From assembly GCA_965213625.1 (NCBI GenBank), contig CBDBZU010000004.1, forward strand, positions 2,304,001 through 2,368,000: 64,000 nt of DNA. Reading direction: 5' to 3'. This DNA comes from a bacterium (GTDB lineage Bacteria > UBA8248). The position numbers and the translations under genes were made by a program. The notes under the pieces are model-generated. The model ran no database searches, had not been told where the DNA came from, and worked only from the letters and a program-made list of their open reading frames with translations. Of the stretch, positions 8,739 through 19,417 are shown one piece after another; position 1 is the stretch's first letter; each line of letters opens with the position of its first letter.

Positions 8739-10323
8739 TGACCAACCAGCAGCGCTTCGCTCGCGAGCCTGGTGGTCGCAGAGGATGGAATTGCTGAATT
8801 CCCCGGTCGAAAAACGTCGCGTTCCCGCCATCGGGATGCAGAACGTCACCAAAACGTTCCCCGGCGTAAGGGCTCTGGACCGCGTCAGTTTTGATGTCGA
8901 CCACGGTGAGATACACGCGCTTGTCGGGGAGAACGGGTCGGGAAAGTCCACACTTTTGAAGCTGATGGTGGGCGCTTTCCCGATGGATTCCGGGCAGATC
9001 CGCATCAACGGGGATGAGGTGCGGCTGCGCTCACCGCGTGAAGCCAGGAAACGATACGGCATCAAGTTGATGCCGCAGGATGTCGAACTGTGCGGGCAAC
9101 TGATTACCGGCCGCAACATCATGCTGGGCCTCGAGGGGGCGCTGGTCGACCGGAACAGGCTGTCGCGCCGCGAGCGATCCATGACGACGGAAGTCCTCCG
9201 CCTGATCGGCGCTCACGTGGATCCCCTGGTCTTGGGGGAGGATTTAAGCACACCGGAGGCTCGGTTTATCCAGATCGCCCACGCGCTCTTGCCTCCGGTG
9301 AACGTGGTCCTTTGCGACGAGCCGACGGCGGTGCTCTCCGCAGTGGATGCCGAGGCGCTACTGGCCACCCTGACCCGGATTCGGAGCGAGGCGGGTACGG
9401 CCATTGTGTATGTCAGCCACCGGATCGGTGAGGTCCTCCAGATAGCCGACCGCATCACTATACTGCGCGATGGCCTCAGCGTCGGTACGTTTCGACGCGA
9501 CGAGATCGACCGGCAACAAATCATTGAACTGATGACCAAGTCCGCGCGCGCCGGCAAGCAAGGGGCGCCGGCTCAAGACGCTGCCCGGAGCGCAGCGAAA
9601 GGAGGCAAGCTGGCGGTTAAGTCGCTCAGGCTCGGTCGAAGCTTTTCAGACGTTTCGTTCGAAGTAGAGGCGGGACAAATTGTGGGAATCGCCGGAGCCC
9701 AGGGTGCGGGATTCGGCCCGCTGCTCGCTACAATCGCGGGCCGTACTAAATACGACGCCGGCTCAATCGAACTGGATGGGGTCTCCATTCCGCCCGGATC
9801 GACCACGAATGCGTACAGACATGGGGTCGCGCTGGTCCCTGCCGACCGGCGGAAAGCGGGCATCGTTCCATCACTCACGGTTCGGGAGAACATCGCCTTG
9901 CCTGTTTCAGGCTCGCTGGGGCGATACGGTTTCCGGCTTCGACGGACCGAGCGAGAGACGAGCCGAAAGAGCGCTGAGATATTCGATATCAGGGGAGCCG
10001 GGTTGAACACCCTGGCCGGGAACCTGAGCGGCGGCAACCAGCAGAAACTGGCGATTGCCCGATCCCTTCAGGGGGCTCCCAAGTTTCTTCTCCTCGAAGA
10101 ACCCACGCAAGGCATCGATATCGGTGCCAAGTCCGAGATCCGCCATTACATCAGCAGGCTCGTCCGTGACGAAGGAATGGGCGCGTTGGTTGCAAGCTCC
10201 GAGTTTGAAGATCTCATCGGCTTTTCGGACGTCCTCCATGTGATGCGCCTGGGCCGGGTCGTCGCGACGTTCGACGGGAAGACGGCGACCTACTCGGATA
10301 TCCTTCACGCAGCGCTCCCGTAG
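8719..10323 (+). CDS. Sugar ABC transporter ATP-binding protein with two ABC domains (start probably ATG 8785)
   Basis: GENGSGKST, DEPT, SH, LSGGNQQK, EEPTQGIDIGAK. Confidence 0.93.
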   Translation: MRSRLNNDQPAALRSRAWWSQRMELLNSPVEKRRVPAIGMQNVTKTFPGVRALDRVSFDVDHGEIHALVGENGSGKSTLLKLMVGAFPMDSGQIRINGDEVRLRSPREARKRYGIKLMPQDVELCGQLITGRNIMLGLEGALVDRNRLSRRERSMTTEVLRLIGAHVDPLVLGEDLSTPEARFIQIAHALLPPVNVVLCDEPTAVLSAVDAEALLATLTRIRSEAGTAIVYVSHRIGEVLQIADRITILRDGLSVGTFRRDEIDRQQIIELMTKSARAGKQGAPAQDAARSAAKGGKLAVKSLRLGRSFSDVSFEVEAGQIVGIAGAQGAGFGPLLATIAGRTKYDAGSIELDGVSIPPGSTTNAYRHGVALVPADRRKAGIVPSLTVRENIALPVSGSLGRYGFRLRRTERETSRKSAEIFDIRGAGLNTLAGNLSGGNQQKLAIARSLQGAPKFLLLEEPTQGIDIGAKSEIRHYISRLVRDEGMGALVASSEFEDLIGFSDVLHVMRLGRVVATFDGKTATYSDILHAALP

Positions 10324-10722
10324 GCGTCGTCACTGAGGTTGCAGCGAACGGCGCCGGATTGGCGCGCAACCTCGCCGGGGCATCCTGTTCATGGAGCGAC
10401 CGCAATCCCTCGTGTCTGATCTTCATCGTGCGATTGCAACGCGCAGCGCCTTGCGCCACATGCGGCCTGTTTTTATGTAGCTCAGTCTTCTTCATCGAAA
10501 GACGGCATCCGCATTTCCCCGCATTTGCTGTGTCCAAGTTTCCGCCCGGATGGAGCACAATCCCGCGCGGGAAAGAAAGCGTTTCCGGCGACTTAAGGAG
10601 GAGAGGAGATGGAAAAGGCGATTCGGCATCCTTCGGGATTGTTCTTCTCTCCGGTCGGAATCGAGCCGGGCGCTCCCCGGAATCGAAGGGTAGGGAATAA
10701 CCGAAAAAAGCAGAAAACAAAT

Positions 10723-10761
10723 CGATAAAATTAGATAAATTCACGGGGTTTTTCGATAAAT
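10723..10761. repeat. 39-bp AT-rich element; inverted copy at 28358-28396
   Basis: Its reverse complement matches 28358-28396 at 36/39 positions by manual alignment. Confidence 0.75.
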
Positions 10762-10866
10762 AGCCGAAAATTAAAAGCGGCGATATGCCATAATTGCGCT
10801 TGGAAAAACCGGCGGAAAAACGGGGGGCGTACGCCCCCGAACCGATGGCGCAAGAGGAGGCGCAAG

Positions 10867-11310
10867 ATGGGTCTGGTGAGCATCAACCATACGAGTTTCA
10901 CGGTGTCGGATGCCGAGGCGATAGCCGCGTGGTACTGCGAAATGCTTGATTTTACTATCGTTTCGGTCGATACCCGGCCCCAGGACTACAGCGAGGAGGT
11001 GACGGGCATCGCAGGCGCCGACCTGCGCATCGTCTACATCAAAGGCGGGGGCTACCACATCGAGCTGGTGGAGTACGTGGGCGCGCCGGGTGTGAAGATA
11101 GACACGGCAACGAACAACGTGGGCAGCGCGCACATCGCCTATAACGTCAATGATCTCAATGGGATGTACGAGGCGTTGGCACCAAAGGGAGTGAGGTTCG
11201 TCTCCGAACCCGTGCCCGTCACGCAAGGCCCCAACACGGGGGGATTCGTCGTATACATCGAGGACCCGGACGGCAACACGCTCGAACTCATCGAGAGGCC
11301 GGGCACGTAA
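10867..11310 (+). CDS. VOC/glyoxalase-family protein
   Basis: NHTSFTVSD, IELVEY, HIAYNVND, IEDPDGNTLELIE; RBS GAGGAGG. Confidence 0.9.
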   Translation: MGLVSINHTSFTVSDAEAIAAWYCEMLDFTIVSVDTRPQDYSEEVTGIAGADLRIVYIKGGGYHIELVEYVGAPGVKIDTATNNVGSAHIAYNVNDLNGMYEALAPKGVRFVSEPVPVTQGPNTGGFVVYIEDPDGNTLELIERPGT

Positions 11311-11321
11311 GGTAAGCCAAA

Positions 11322-12029
11322 TCAGAGCGTTACGCTCTCCCCCGGCTCCAGGACGATGACTTCCGTATCCAGGCCGCGCTTGCGCACCTCTTGGGTGAAG
11401 GCCTCGGGCGTTCCCGTCAAGTGGGGCAGGCTCGAGTGGTGGATGGGCACGACGCGCTTCGCTCCCAGCAGCTCGCACGCCAGCGCCGCCTGGCGCGCGC
11501 CCATGGTGGCCCTGTCGCCTATGGGCAGGCAGCACAGGTCGGGCGCGTAGAGTTCGGCGATGATGCGCATATCGCCGAAAACGGCCGTATCCCCCGCGTG
11601 GTAAAGGCGTTTGCCGTCCTCGAAGGTGAGAATCAGACCGCAGGGCTCGCCCGTATACTTGAGTTCCGGGCCGTAGGCGCCGCCATGAAAGGCGTGGGTG
11701 AGGGTGAGCTGAACGCCGCCGAAATCGACCGTGCCGTCCTTTCCCATGGGGGTGGCGTGAGAGCCCAAATCGTGTTCGGCGCCGATGGTACGGATGAGGT
11801 CCATATGGCCCGCCACGGGGCATGGATTCGCCTCGAAAACGGGGATGACGTCGCCCGTATGGTCGAAATGGCCGTGCGTGAGGCAGATCAAGTCCGCTTT
11901 TTGCGGTGTTTTGAGTTCAGGCGGGCAAACGGGGTTTTTCTCGAGCCAGGGGTCGATGTAGATGCGCTTGCCGCCGTCTGTTTTGATGAAAAACGTCGAT
12001 TGCCCATGAAATATCAGCGTTGCGCCCAT
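11322..12029 (-). CDS. Metallo-beta-lactamase-fold metal-dependent hydrolase (UPF0173-like)
   Basis: IDPWL, THGHFDH, YHAGDT, LPIG, VVPIHH. Confidence 0.9.
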   Translation of the reverse strand: MGATLIFHGQSTFFIKTDGGKRIYIDPWLEKNPVCPPELKTPQKADLICLTHGHFDHTGDVIPVFEANPCPVAGHMDLIRTIGAEHDLGSHATPMGKDGTVDFGGVQLTLTHAFHGGAYGPELKYTGEPCGLILTFEDGKRLYHAGDTAVFGDMRIIAELYAPDLCCLPIGDRATMGARQAALACELLGAKRVVPIHHSSLPHLTGTPEAFTQEVRKRGLDTEVIVLEPGESVTL

Positions 12030-12070
12030 GTTTCGAATCACCTCCTAAGTTGTTGATGTATTGGGGGAAT

Positions 12071-12961
12071 CTATAGATGCTCGTCAAACCAGGCCTTCGT
12101 TTCCTTCAAGGCCGTCTCGAAGAGTTCCGGGTTGTTCACCTGGTAGACGTCGTTGTGGCGGCCCTTGGGAAGCATGACGATCTTTTTCGGCTCTCCGCAG
12201 GCCGCATAGCAGGCGTGCGCTTCTGAGGGAGGAACCATGACGTCTTCTTCCCCGTAGATGAACAGGACGGGCCTGGGCGAGATTTTGCCGGCCACCCATT
12301 CGGGGCGATAGCGAAAACACGCCTCCACGCTTTCGAGATCGAGTTCGAGCACCTCTTCGGAGCCGTGTTCCTCCAGTGTCATCGGGGGTTTGGGATTATC
12401 CGGGTCGTCGCTGTAAATGTCATGGCGGATGATGGTTTCCCGCTCGTTGGTGGTGACGCGCCTCCGGGCGGCTTCCCGTATCCGGGACTGGAAGGCGAGC
12501 CATTCATACGGCCTTCTCAATGTTTTCAGCCAGCGTTCGCCGTCGTGCACCCCCACGGTGGAAACGGTCGCCTTCACCCGGTCATCGAAAGCCGCGGCCC
12601 AGATAGCGTGAGCGCCCCCAAAACTCGTGCCGTACAGGCCGATTCGCTCACTGTCCACGCCTTCTACGGTTTGCAGAAAGGTGATTCCGTCGTAGGTGTC
12701 CTGGGCCTGCTCAAGCGGGCGGTGACGTCCGCGAGCACCCTCGCTCACGCCGTAGCCGCGATAATCGGGCGCCAGGGTGAAAAACCCCGCTTTGCTCAAG
12801 TGGATGGGCATGTCGATTGTGGCCAGGTTCTTTCGGCCGCTGTATCCCGTAACGCAGACGACCCCTGGCCGAGGCGGGTCGCCGGGTTTCCAGTCGTCCG
12901 GGCGATACAGATGCGCGGCGATTTTGTGGCCATCACTGAAATAGGCGATGTCTTCGTGCAT
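12071..12961 (-). CDS. Alpha/beta hydrolase
   Basis: DYRGYGVSEG, GTSFGG nucleophile elbow, D..V and GRH completing the triad. Confidence 0.9.
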   Translation of the reverse strand: MHEDIAYFSDGHKIAAHLYRPDDWKPGDPPRPGVVCVTGYSGRKNLATIDMPIHLSKAGFFTLAPDYRGYGVSEGARGRHRPLEQAQDTYDGITFLQTVEGVDSERIGLYGTSFGGAHAIWAAAFDDRVKATVSTVGVHDGERWLKTLRRPYEWLAFQSRIREAARRRVTTNERETIIRHDIYSDDPDNPKPPMTLEEHGSEEVLELDLESVEACFRYRPEWVAGKISPRPVLFIYGEEDVMVPPSEAHACYAACGEPKKIVMLPKGRHNDVYQVNNPELFETALKETKAWFDEHL

Positions 12962-13171
12962 TTGAGTTTCCTTTTTAATGTATTAAATTACAATTGATTA
13001 GAGAATACCGGGTTTTTGACACCCAGGGCTACTGCTGATAGGAGTAAGAAGGCATACAATACACGGTCTTTCTCGAATTTCCGAGAAACTGGTGCCCCTG
13101 GAAAAGCCGCATGGGAAGTGTGTCACGGATAGTTTGGCGCCGCTGCTTGTAGAGGAGATACTGATTCAATC

Positions 13172-14497
13172 ATGTCTCGTCAAAAAGTTTTCATCATCCT
13201 GGCCGTTCTGGTTCTTATAGTAGGCTTAGCGATCACGAAGTTGCTGATCGAGAATCGACCAGAACCCGAGACAGTGACTCCCACCGCACCACGCAGATTC
13301 GTCAGAACCATGCTTTTGAAAAAACAGGACAAAACCTTCTGGGTCAAGGGGTTCGGAACAGTCCGTCCCAAAACGGAGATTTCCATCGTGCCTGAAGTGT
13401 CCGGGAAAGTGGTCAAGCGTTCACCTGGGTTCAGGACCGGCGGCTTCATCAAGAAAGGGGATGTGCTTTTCCGAATCGACCCTGCGGATTACAAACTCGC
13501 CATCGAGCGGCGAAAAGCGGAAATCGCGCAACTCAGAGCCGATATCGCTAGGTTGAGACAGGAGGAGCAGAACCACCAGGCCGATCTGAATATCACTGAA
13601 CGCCATATGGAGTTAGTTGCTCAGGAAATGGAACGCAACGAAAGATTGCGTAGACAAGGCGTTATTTCTTCCGGTCAATATGATCAGTCTCAACAGAGTT
13701 TTCTCAGGCAGGAGAGAACTGTTCAGTCGATTAGGAACATGCTGGCGCTATTGCCCGTTCAGTTGAGACAGAAACGCGCGGCTTTGAGTGCGAACCAATC
13801 GGAACTGAAAAGAGCTACCCTGCAATTGTCTCGCACCAAAATATTGGCTCCTTTCGATTCTCGCGTGCGAGAGACGAGTTTGGACGTGGGGGATTTCGCC
13901 AGTGCGGGTAAATCAGTCGGAAAAATTTATGATGTTTCCGTGCTCGAAGTTCCTGTTTCCCTGCCGGTGGAGGATGCGCGCTGGGCGTTTCGCCGTATTC
14001 GGGAAGTATCCTTTCCCCGTAGCCAGGAAGAGGTAAAGCCTTTTTTCCCCGCTGCCAGGGTATCCTGGAGTCAGTTCGGCAAAAAGTTTGAATGGAGAGG
14101 ACGGGTGTCTCTCGTGGATTCCGGGCTGGATGAGTCCACGCGCGCGCTCACACTTGTAGTTGAAATTTCTGAACCCATGAAAAATTGGGAATCTGGAGAG
14201 CATCCTCCCCTTTTTGTGGGGATGTTCGTTGAAGTGAAAATCGAAGGTGTCACGATGCCAGGCGTGTTCGTCATTCCGCGCACCGCATTGCGTGAACGGG
14301 ACCACGTTTATTTGTTGGACGAGGGGAAATTAAGGATTCAAAAAGTGGAAGTCATTCGAAAAGCTCAGGATGGCGTCGTGATCAGAAATGGAGTGAGTGA
14401 AAACGCCCGTATCATTCTTTCCGCAGTCCCCGAGCCCGTTTCCGGCATGATACTCAACGAACAAAACGGGATTCCTGGCGGGGCATCCACGCAATGA
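13172..14497 (+). CDS. RND efflux periplasmic adaptor (membrane fusion protein)
   Basis: N-terminal anchor, PEVSGKV, KKGDVLFRID, long coiled coil, ILAPFD, GMFVEV; overlaps the RND gene (ATGA). Confidence 0.92.
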   Translation: MSRQKVFIILAVLVLIVGLAITKLLIENRPEPETVTPTAPRRFVRTMLLKKQDKTFWVKGFGTVRPKTEISIVPEVSGKVVKRSPGFRTGGFIKKGDVLFRIDPADYKLAIERRKAEIAQLRADIARLRQEEQNHQADLNITERHMELVAQEMERNERLRRQGVISSGQYDQSQQSFLRQERTVQSIRNMLALLPVQLRQKRAALSANQSELKRATLQLSRTKILAPFDSRVRETSLDVGDFASAGKSVGKIYDVSVLEVPVSLPVEDARWAFRRIREVSFPRSQEEVKPFFPAARVSWSQFGKKFEWRGRVSLVDSGLDESTRALTLVVEISEPMKNWESGEHPPLFVGMFVEVKIEGVTMPGVFVIPRTALRERDHVYLLDEGKLRIQKVEVIRKAQDGVVIRNGVSENARIILSAVPEPVSGMILNEQNGIPGGASTQ

Positions 14498-17400
14498 AGC
14501 AAATTCTGGCTTGGTCTGCACGCCATACCGTTTTCGCCAATCTTTTGATGGTGATAATGATAATCATCGGCGTTTTCGCCGTTTTTCAAATCCGCAGCGA
14601 ACTGATCCCTCAATTCGCCCTAGATCGGGTTAGCGTCAAAGTAACGTGGGAGGGCGCGAGTCCTATGGAGGTGGAAGAGGGAGTTTGCATCAAAATCGAA
14701 GAAGCCTTGACCGGTGTCGAGGGGGTAAAAAAAATCACTTCGGTTGCCTATGAAGGGCGATGTGAAATTGCAGCGGAACTGCATGCTTGGATCAAGAGTT
14801 CCAGGGATTTGATGGAAGATATTAGAAGCGAAATCGACCGCATCAAGACATTGCCAGAGGATATAGAAAGGCCAATCGTTTCGGAAGTGAAGCGGATACT
14901 TCAGGTAATTGACATCTCTTTGTTTGGCAATGTTTCGGAAGAAGTCCTGAAACGAAAAGCCACGGAGATCAAAGATGAATTGCTGGAAATACCCAACATT
15001 TCCAAGGTGGTTTTGAGCGGCTTGAGAGATTGGGAAATTTCAATCGAAGTTTCAGAAGAGATGTTGCGCCGCTTTGGGCTCACTTTTGAGCGAGTTGGAA
15101 ATATCATTCGCAAGAATGTGCTGGAACTCTCGGGTGGGGATATCCGTTCAGCGGAGCGAAGAATCAGAATCAGGACATTGGGGAAGCGTTACACGGGCCT
15201 GGAATTCGAGCGGCTTGAAATACTCACCCAAAAAGACGGCACCATTTTGAGGCTGGGTGATATTGCTCGAGTGGTCGACGCTTTTGAAGAAAGCGATAGA
15301 ACGGGCCGGTTTGATGGGAAGCCGGCTGCGCTCATCACGGTGTATAGAACCGATGAGGAAGATTCGCTTTCGATTTCTAAAGCAGCAGTTGGATACGTTA
15401 AGAAAAAGCGCGAGGTATTACCTGAAGGGTTGGATTTGGTCCATTGGGCGGATACCTCGCGTTTGATACAGGACCGGCTCGATCTTTTAATGAGAAACGG
15501 GCGCGTCGGACTCGTTTTGGTTTTCTTCTCCATGTGGTTGTTTTTGAACATCCGTCTTTCATTTTGGGTGGCCATGGGAATTCCCGTATCCCTGTTGACG
15601 GCACTCGGTTTTTTGAATTTCACCGGTGGTACTCTCAACATGCTTTCGATGTTCGCCTTCATCATGGTTTTGGGGATACTGGTCGACGATGCAATTGTAG
15701 TGGCTGAAAATATCTATTCTCATATGGAAAGAGGGAAGAATCGCGTCCAGGCCGCTATTGACGGTTGTTATGAAGTAGTTCTGCCGGTTATCGCCACTGT
15801 CGTGACATCTATTGTGGCTTTCGCTCCCTTGCTTATGGTGGAAGGAACTGTCGGGAAATTCATGGCGGTGCTTCCGGCGGCAATCATCGCAGCCTTAATT
15901 GCTTCTCTTATCGAGTCATTATTCATTCTGCCGGCTCATTTGGGACATTGGGTGAGGTCGCCCAGGTCGGGTGGAATATCAGCGCGCGTGAGGAAAGCCA
16001 TCGATAGTGCAATCAACTGGCTTATCTATCGATTTTATGCGCCGATTCTGAGATTTTGCCTCAACGCCAGATATCTGGTCATCTCACTGGCTATGGTGGT
16101 TTTTATGGTGACGGTAGGTTTGGCCGTGGGTGGGCATGTGAGATTTTTGTTTTTCCCAAAACTCGATTCCGATTGGGTGGAAGCCAGAATTCTGTTCCCT
16201 CCAGGAACCCCGATTCGGCAAACGCGAAACGCTGCGCAAAGGATTGAGCAGGCAGCCGTTGCTCTTGATGAGGTTTTTCGTTCGAAAACGGGTGAGCCGA
16301 TCGTGAATCATATATTCACGACACTGGGCGAGCAATTTGGCCAAAACCGCGAGCGTGTCGCGGGGGGCAGCCATATGGCGCATCTGATTGTGGAGTTGCT
16401 GCCCTCGGAGGCCAGAGGAATCAGTGGGGAGGAAATTACAAATCGCTGGCGCGAAAATACAGGAAAAATTCCGGATGTATTGAGCCTAACTTTCGGTTCC
16501 GGGAGAGCCGGCCCGCCTGGCGGTAAACCTATCGATGTGCAGTTCTATGGTGATGACATCGAGACATTGAGAAGTGTATCCACGGAATTCAAGCGGGAGT
16601 TAACAAAATATCCTGGTATATATGACATTCAAGATGACTTCAGGCCCGGAAAGCTTGAATTCAGAACATCATTGAAGCCACAGGCGCGGGTGCTTGGCGT
16701 GAGCCTCGATGACTTGGGGCGTCAGTTGCGCGCGCGCTTTTTCGGGCTGCAAGTCATGCGTCTGCAACGCGGTCGGGATGATGTGAAGGTCAAACTTCGT
16801 TATCCGCCCGAGGAGAGGCGATCTGTCGAAGACATCAGGAAAATGAGGGTCAGGACGGCATCAGGGGCCGAAATCCCTTTCCATGAGGTGGCGGAAGTCG
16901 AGATGGTTCAAGGGCTTGATGAAATCAGGCGTGTGTCCAGAGCAAGGGCGATCAACGTAACGGCCGAAATCGACCAAAACCGCGCCAATCCCACCGAGGT
17001 TCTGAACGACTTGAATGCGAATTTCTTCCCGAAGTTCCTGAACCGCCATAACGGAGTAGGGGTTAGATTCGAAGGTCAGGCAAAAGAAACGCAAGAGTCA
17101 TTCAACAGTCTGTTTCGCGCCTTTGCGCTTGCGATTGCCGTTATTTTTGCGATTCTGGCCACTCTGTTCAGAAGCTATTTCCAGCCCTTGATAGTCATGA
17201 GCGCGATTCCGTTTGGGATTGTTGGCGCAATTTGGGGGCATATAATCCTAGGGTACGATATCTCCATATTGAGTATGTTTGGAATCTTGGCGCTTACCGG
17301 GGTTGTGGTGAATGACTCTTTGGTTCTTTTGGATTTCGCAAATCGGAGTATCAAAGACGGAATGCCGATAGAAGATGCGCTACAGCAGGCTGGTGTCGCA

Positions 17401-17682
17401 AGATGGAGAGCGATTGTTCTAACGACTTTGACGACCGCCGCAGGGTTGGGGCCGATGTTGTTCGAGAAAAGTTTTCAGGCGCAATTCTTGATTCCCATGG
17501 CGATTAGTCTGTGTTTCGGGCTGCTTTTCTCCACGGTGATAACGCTTATTCTGGTTCCTGTAATTTCTTTGATAGGCAACGATGTGGGGCGATTCTGGTG
17601 GCGGATATGGACGGGAAAATGGGTTACGAGAGAAGAAGTGGATGTACATTCTCCGCAGAAAGAAAGAGAAATCCACGCCTGA
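14494..17682 (+). CDS. RND efflux permease (AcrB/AcrD/AcrF family)
   Basis: 1062 aa; GILVDDAIVVAEN, GVVVNDSLVL, RWRAIVLTTLTT. Confidence 0.95.
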   Translation: MKQILAWSARHTVFANLLMVIMIIIGVFAVFQIRSELIPQFALDRVSVKVTWEGASPMEVEEGVCIKIEEALTGVEGVKKITSVAYEGRCEIAAELHAWIKSSRDLMEDIRSEIDRIKTLPEDIERPIVSEVKRILQVIDISLFGNVSEEVLKRKATEIKDELLEIPNISKVVLSGLRDWEISIEVSEEMLRRFGLTFERVGNIIRKNVLELSGGDIRSAERRIRIRTLGKRYTGLEFERLEILTQKDGTILRLGDIARVVDAFEESDRTGRFDGKPAALITVYRTDEEDSLSISKAAVGYVKKKREVLPEGLDLVHWADTSRLIQDRLDLLMRNGRVGLVLVFFSMWLFLNIRLSFWVAMGIPVSLLTALGFLNFTGGTLNMLSMFAFIMVLGILVDDAIVVAENIYSHMERGKNRVQAAIDGCYEVVLPVIATVVTSIVAFAPLLMVEGTVGKFMAVLPAAIIAALIASLIESLFILPAHLGHWVRSPRSGGISARVRKAIDSAINWLIYRFYAPILRFCLNARYLVISLAMVVFMVTVGLAVGGHVRFLFFPKLDSDWVEARILFPPGTPIRQTRNAAQRIEQAAVALDEVFRSKTGEPIVNHIFTTLGEQFGQNRERVAGGSHMAHLIVELLPSEARGISGEEITNRWRENTGKIPDVLSLTFGSGRAGPPGGKPIDVQFYGDDIETLRSVSTEFKRELTKYPGIYDIQDDFRPGKLEFRTSLKPQARVLGVSLDDLGRQLRARFFGLQVMRLQRGRDDVKVKLRYPPEERRSVEDIRKMRVRTASGAEIPFHEVAEVEMVQGLDEIRRVSRARAINVTAEIDQNRANPTEVLNDLNANFFPKFLNRHNGVGVRFEGQAKETQESFNSLFRAFALAIAVIFAILATLFRSYFQPLIVMSAIPFGIVGAIWGHIILGYDISILSMFGILALTGVVVNDSLVLLDFANRSIKDGMPIEDALQQAGVARWRAIVLTTLTTAAGLGPMLFEKSFQAQFLIPMAISLCFGLLFSTVITLILVPVISLIGNDVGRFWWRIWTGKWVTREEVDVHSPQKEREIHA

Positions 17683-17786
17683 TATTATGCTTCATAGTTT
17701 TATCGAATTGAACTACTTGCGGGAATGTATTTATTCAATTCCCCCAAAAGTTTGCTTTCTATTATTGATTGTAATCTCGAATACGA

Positions 17787-18911
17787 ATGAGTTTAGGAGA
17801 ACAAGATTTTATGTCCTCAGAAATTGATGTGCGCTACGGTGAAGAGGTAGGAGACAAGATGGAAGCGGTCGTGATGACCGCACCTGAAAATTTGGAAATA
17901 CAGTCCGTTCCCGTTCCGGAACCGGGCATCGGGGAAGTGCTCGTAAAAGTGGAATGCACCACGATTTGTGGTACAGACATAGAGATCATCAAAGGCGGTC
18001 ACCTCCCCAACTGGCCGCCCCGGTTTCCGGCCATCCTGGGGCATGAATGGTCGGGCAGAATCGTTGCGATGGGCCCGATGACTGAGGGTTTCGGTCTCGG
18101 TATGGGTGATGCCGTGGCTGGGACGAGCCATGCTGGATGCGGCGCCTGTCGCATGTGCCTCATAGGCCGTTATAATCTCTGTTATAATTACGGGAATACA
18201 GTCACTGGACACAGGCAGTACGGGCATATCACGCAAGGCTCGTATGCGGAGTATGTCGTCAACAACATACGTGCGTTGCACAAAATGCCCGAGGGAATGT
18301 CGCTTGAGTATGGGTCGGCCGTGGACCCTGCTGCTTGCGGGCTCTGGACGGCGAAGCGTGCTGGGATCAATCCTGGCGATACGGTCGTGATATTGGGTTC
18401 CGGACCCATCGGTGTTTTTGCATATGAATCCGTCAAGGCGATGGGCGCAGGACGCATAATCGTTGTGGGCGGTGGCAGGAGGCTCGAGATTCTAGAGGAA
18501 CAAGGCGCCGAAGTTGTCAGTTACCGAGATGGCGGTGTGCCGGAACGGATAGATGAGATGACCCGCGGGAAAAAAGCCAACGTCGTGCTGGAGACGGCTG
18601 GAACCACGGATAGCTTCAAATGGAGTGTGGATTGCGGCGGCAAAGGCGCGCGAGTCGCCATTACCGGCATACCGGACAACATTCCTGATATGGCATGGAA
18701 GCGCGTCGTGCTCGAGGAAATGGATATTTTTGGTGTTCGGGCAAATCCCAACTGTGGAGATGAAGTATTATCACTCATTCAAGCCGGCAGGATGAATGTG
18801 GACCCATATATTACTCATCGGTTCCCCCTCAGAGAATACCAAGAAGCGCACGATACGTTTGTGGCTCGAAAAGATGGCGCTTTGTTGGTGAACCTGACTC
18901 CTGGAGCATAA
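17787..18911 (+). CDS. Zn-dependent medium-chain alcohol dehydrogenase (start uncertain: 17811 or 17859)
   Basis: ICGTD, LGHEWSG, CGACRMC..GRYNLC, GSGPIG. Confidence 0.92.
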   Translation: MSLGEQDFMSSEIDVRYGEEVGDKMEAVVMTAPENLEIQSVPVPEPGIGEVLVKVECTTICGTDIEIIKGGHLPNWPPRFPAILGHEWSGRIVAMGPMTEGFGLGMGDAVAGTSHAGCGACRMCLIGRYNLCYNYGNTVTGHRQYGHITQGSYAEYVVNNIRALHKMPEGMSLEYGSAVDPAACGLWTAKRAGINPGDTVVILGSGPIGVFAYESVKAMGAGRIIVVGGGRRLEILEEQGAEVVSYRDGGVPERIDEMTRGKKANVVLETAGTTDSFKWSVDCGGKGARVAITGIPDNIPDMAWKRVVLEEMDIFGVRANPNCGDEVLSLIQAGRMNVDPYITHRFPLREYQEAHDTFVARKDGALLVNLTPGA

Positions 18912-18916
18912 CGACA

Positions 18917-19318
18917 ATGTCTCAAGGCGAGATGAAATATGGCGCGAAGATGATTGCGGAGGCGAAGCTCGAAACCGTTCCGAATCCATCAATGCAGCGC
19001 GATTACGTTGTAGATTTCACCATTCCCGAATTCACTTGTCTTTGCCCGCTCAGTAATTTTCCCGACTTCGCCACAATTCGCATCAAATACGTTCCTGGTG
19101 AAATGATAGTGGAGTTGAAATCCTTAAAACTCTACATCAATAATTACAGGGACCGGGAAATATTTCATGAACAGGTGGTCAGCACCATCCTTGACGACTT
19201 GGTTGAGGTTTGCGCGCCGAAATGGGTGTGGATTGAAGGTGATTTTAACGTTAGAGGAAATATCAAAACGAAAATTCGAGCCACGCATGGTGTGAGACCA
19301 CCAGATATTCCGGAATAG
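18917..19318 (+). CDS. queF: NADPH-dependent preQ0 reductase, type I
   Basis: PEFTCLCP..FPDFA, VELKSLKLY, FHEQ, FNVRGNI. Confidence 0.93.
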   Translation: MSQGEMKYGAKMIAEAKLETVPNPSMQRDYVVDFTIPEFTCLCPLSNFPDFATIRIKYVPGEMIVELKSLKLYINNYRDREIFHEQVVSTILDDLVEVCAPKWVWIEGDFNVRGNIKTKIRATHGVRPPDIPE

Positions 19319-19417
19319 ACGAATCGCTGATCAAATTGTAACGTTGCTCGGTGCAAAACAACTAACTTATAGTACTTAACATTAAACCCGATGAATTAAG
19401 CCATATTTCTCAATGAG

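Noticed and set aside
10324-10720. Possible small ORFs after the ABC ATPase (10359-10700; RBS-like AGGAG before ATG 10609)
   Set aside because: No recognisable motif or coding-like composition; left uncalled.
18917-19318. queF as part of a 7-deazaguanine DNA-modification (dpd) system
   Set aside because: No dpdA/tgt-like, queC/D/E or folE genes nearby, and the intact catalytic Cys motif fits ordinary QueF.
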